A program made the position numbers and the translations under genes. The notes under the pieces were generated by a model. That model was not told the DNA's origin and searched no databases. It saw nothing but the letters and a program-made list of their open reading frames with translations. This document shows positions 31,887 to 32,000 of a stretch of DNA of 32,000 nt, in pieces. Origin of the DNA: Mycobacterium leprae TN (GTDB lineage Bacteria > Actinomycetota > Actinomycetes > Mycobacteriales > Mycobacteriaceae); assembly GCF_000195855.1 (NCBI RefSeq), contig NC_002677.1, positions 750,001-782,000 on the forward strand. The letters run 5' to 3'. Position 1 is the first letter of the stretch. Each line of letters begins with the position of its first letter.

Positions 31887-32000
31887 CGACAGGGTCACCC
31901 TAACGAGAGCGCGGTCACGCTCGCCGGTGCGACTGGCTTCTTCGCTGCAGCTTCCACTTGGTTCTTGCTAGCTGCACGAACGCGCTTGCAGTTTCTCAAA

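Noticed and set aside
1-32000. CRISPR array, prophage, complete IS element, toxin-antitoxin or novel defence island
   Set aside because: I saw no regularly spaced direct repeats, integrase/transposase signatures or phage structural proteins by reading. The VNPIVIDTSADVEL fragment near 30780-30870 minus only superficially resembles a PIN-domain start and ends after about 24 codons.

Overview
The window looks like chromosomal DNA from a leprosy bacillus-type mycobacterium (M. leprae / M. lepromatosis-like). Intact, highly conserved mycobacterial genes sit between long stretches of decayed genes. This assignment rests on recalled protein similarity and gene order, not on a database search. From left to right: remnants of a sulfate ABC transporter (cysT-cysW-cysA); a decayed MFS-type transporter; an intact MTB12/CFP-2-like secreted protein; decayed ECF41-type sigma factor and carboxymuconolactone decarboxylase-like (AhpD-like) genes on the minus strand; intact hrcA, dnaJ2, rsmE, a phoH-like gene and ybeY; a decayed CorC/CBS-domain membrane protein; an intact small Rv2365c-like gene; era; a decayed amidase (amiA2-like, minus strand); recO and uppS; about 1.4 kb with no supported gene; uvrD2; whiB7; an ABC1/UbiB-like atypical kinase (minus); a decayed ThiF/cyclodehydratase-like gene (minus); a DUF2342 zincin-like protein (minus); a PDZ/Lon-like protease; a UPF0182 membrane protein; an initiator tRNA-Met; and a terminal gene-poor region with an (AT)7 tract. 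I found no CRISPR array, prophage, complete insertion sequence or convincing new defence system. The most interesting items are the rearrangement/deletion scars, the relic ThiF-like and ECF41 modules, the multiply disrupted CorC-like gene inside an otherwise preserved operon, and the uvrD2-whiB7 intergenic region.
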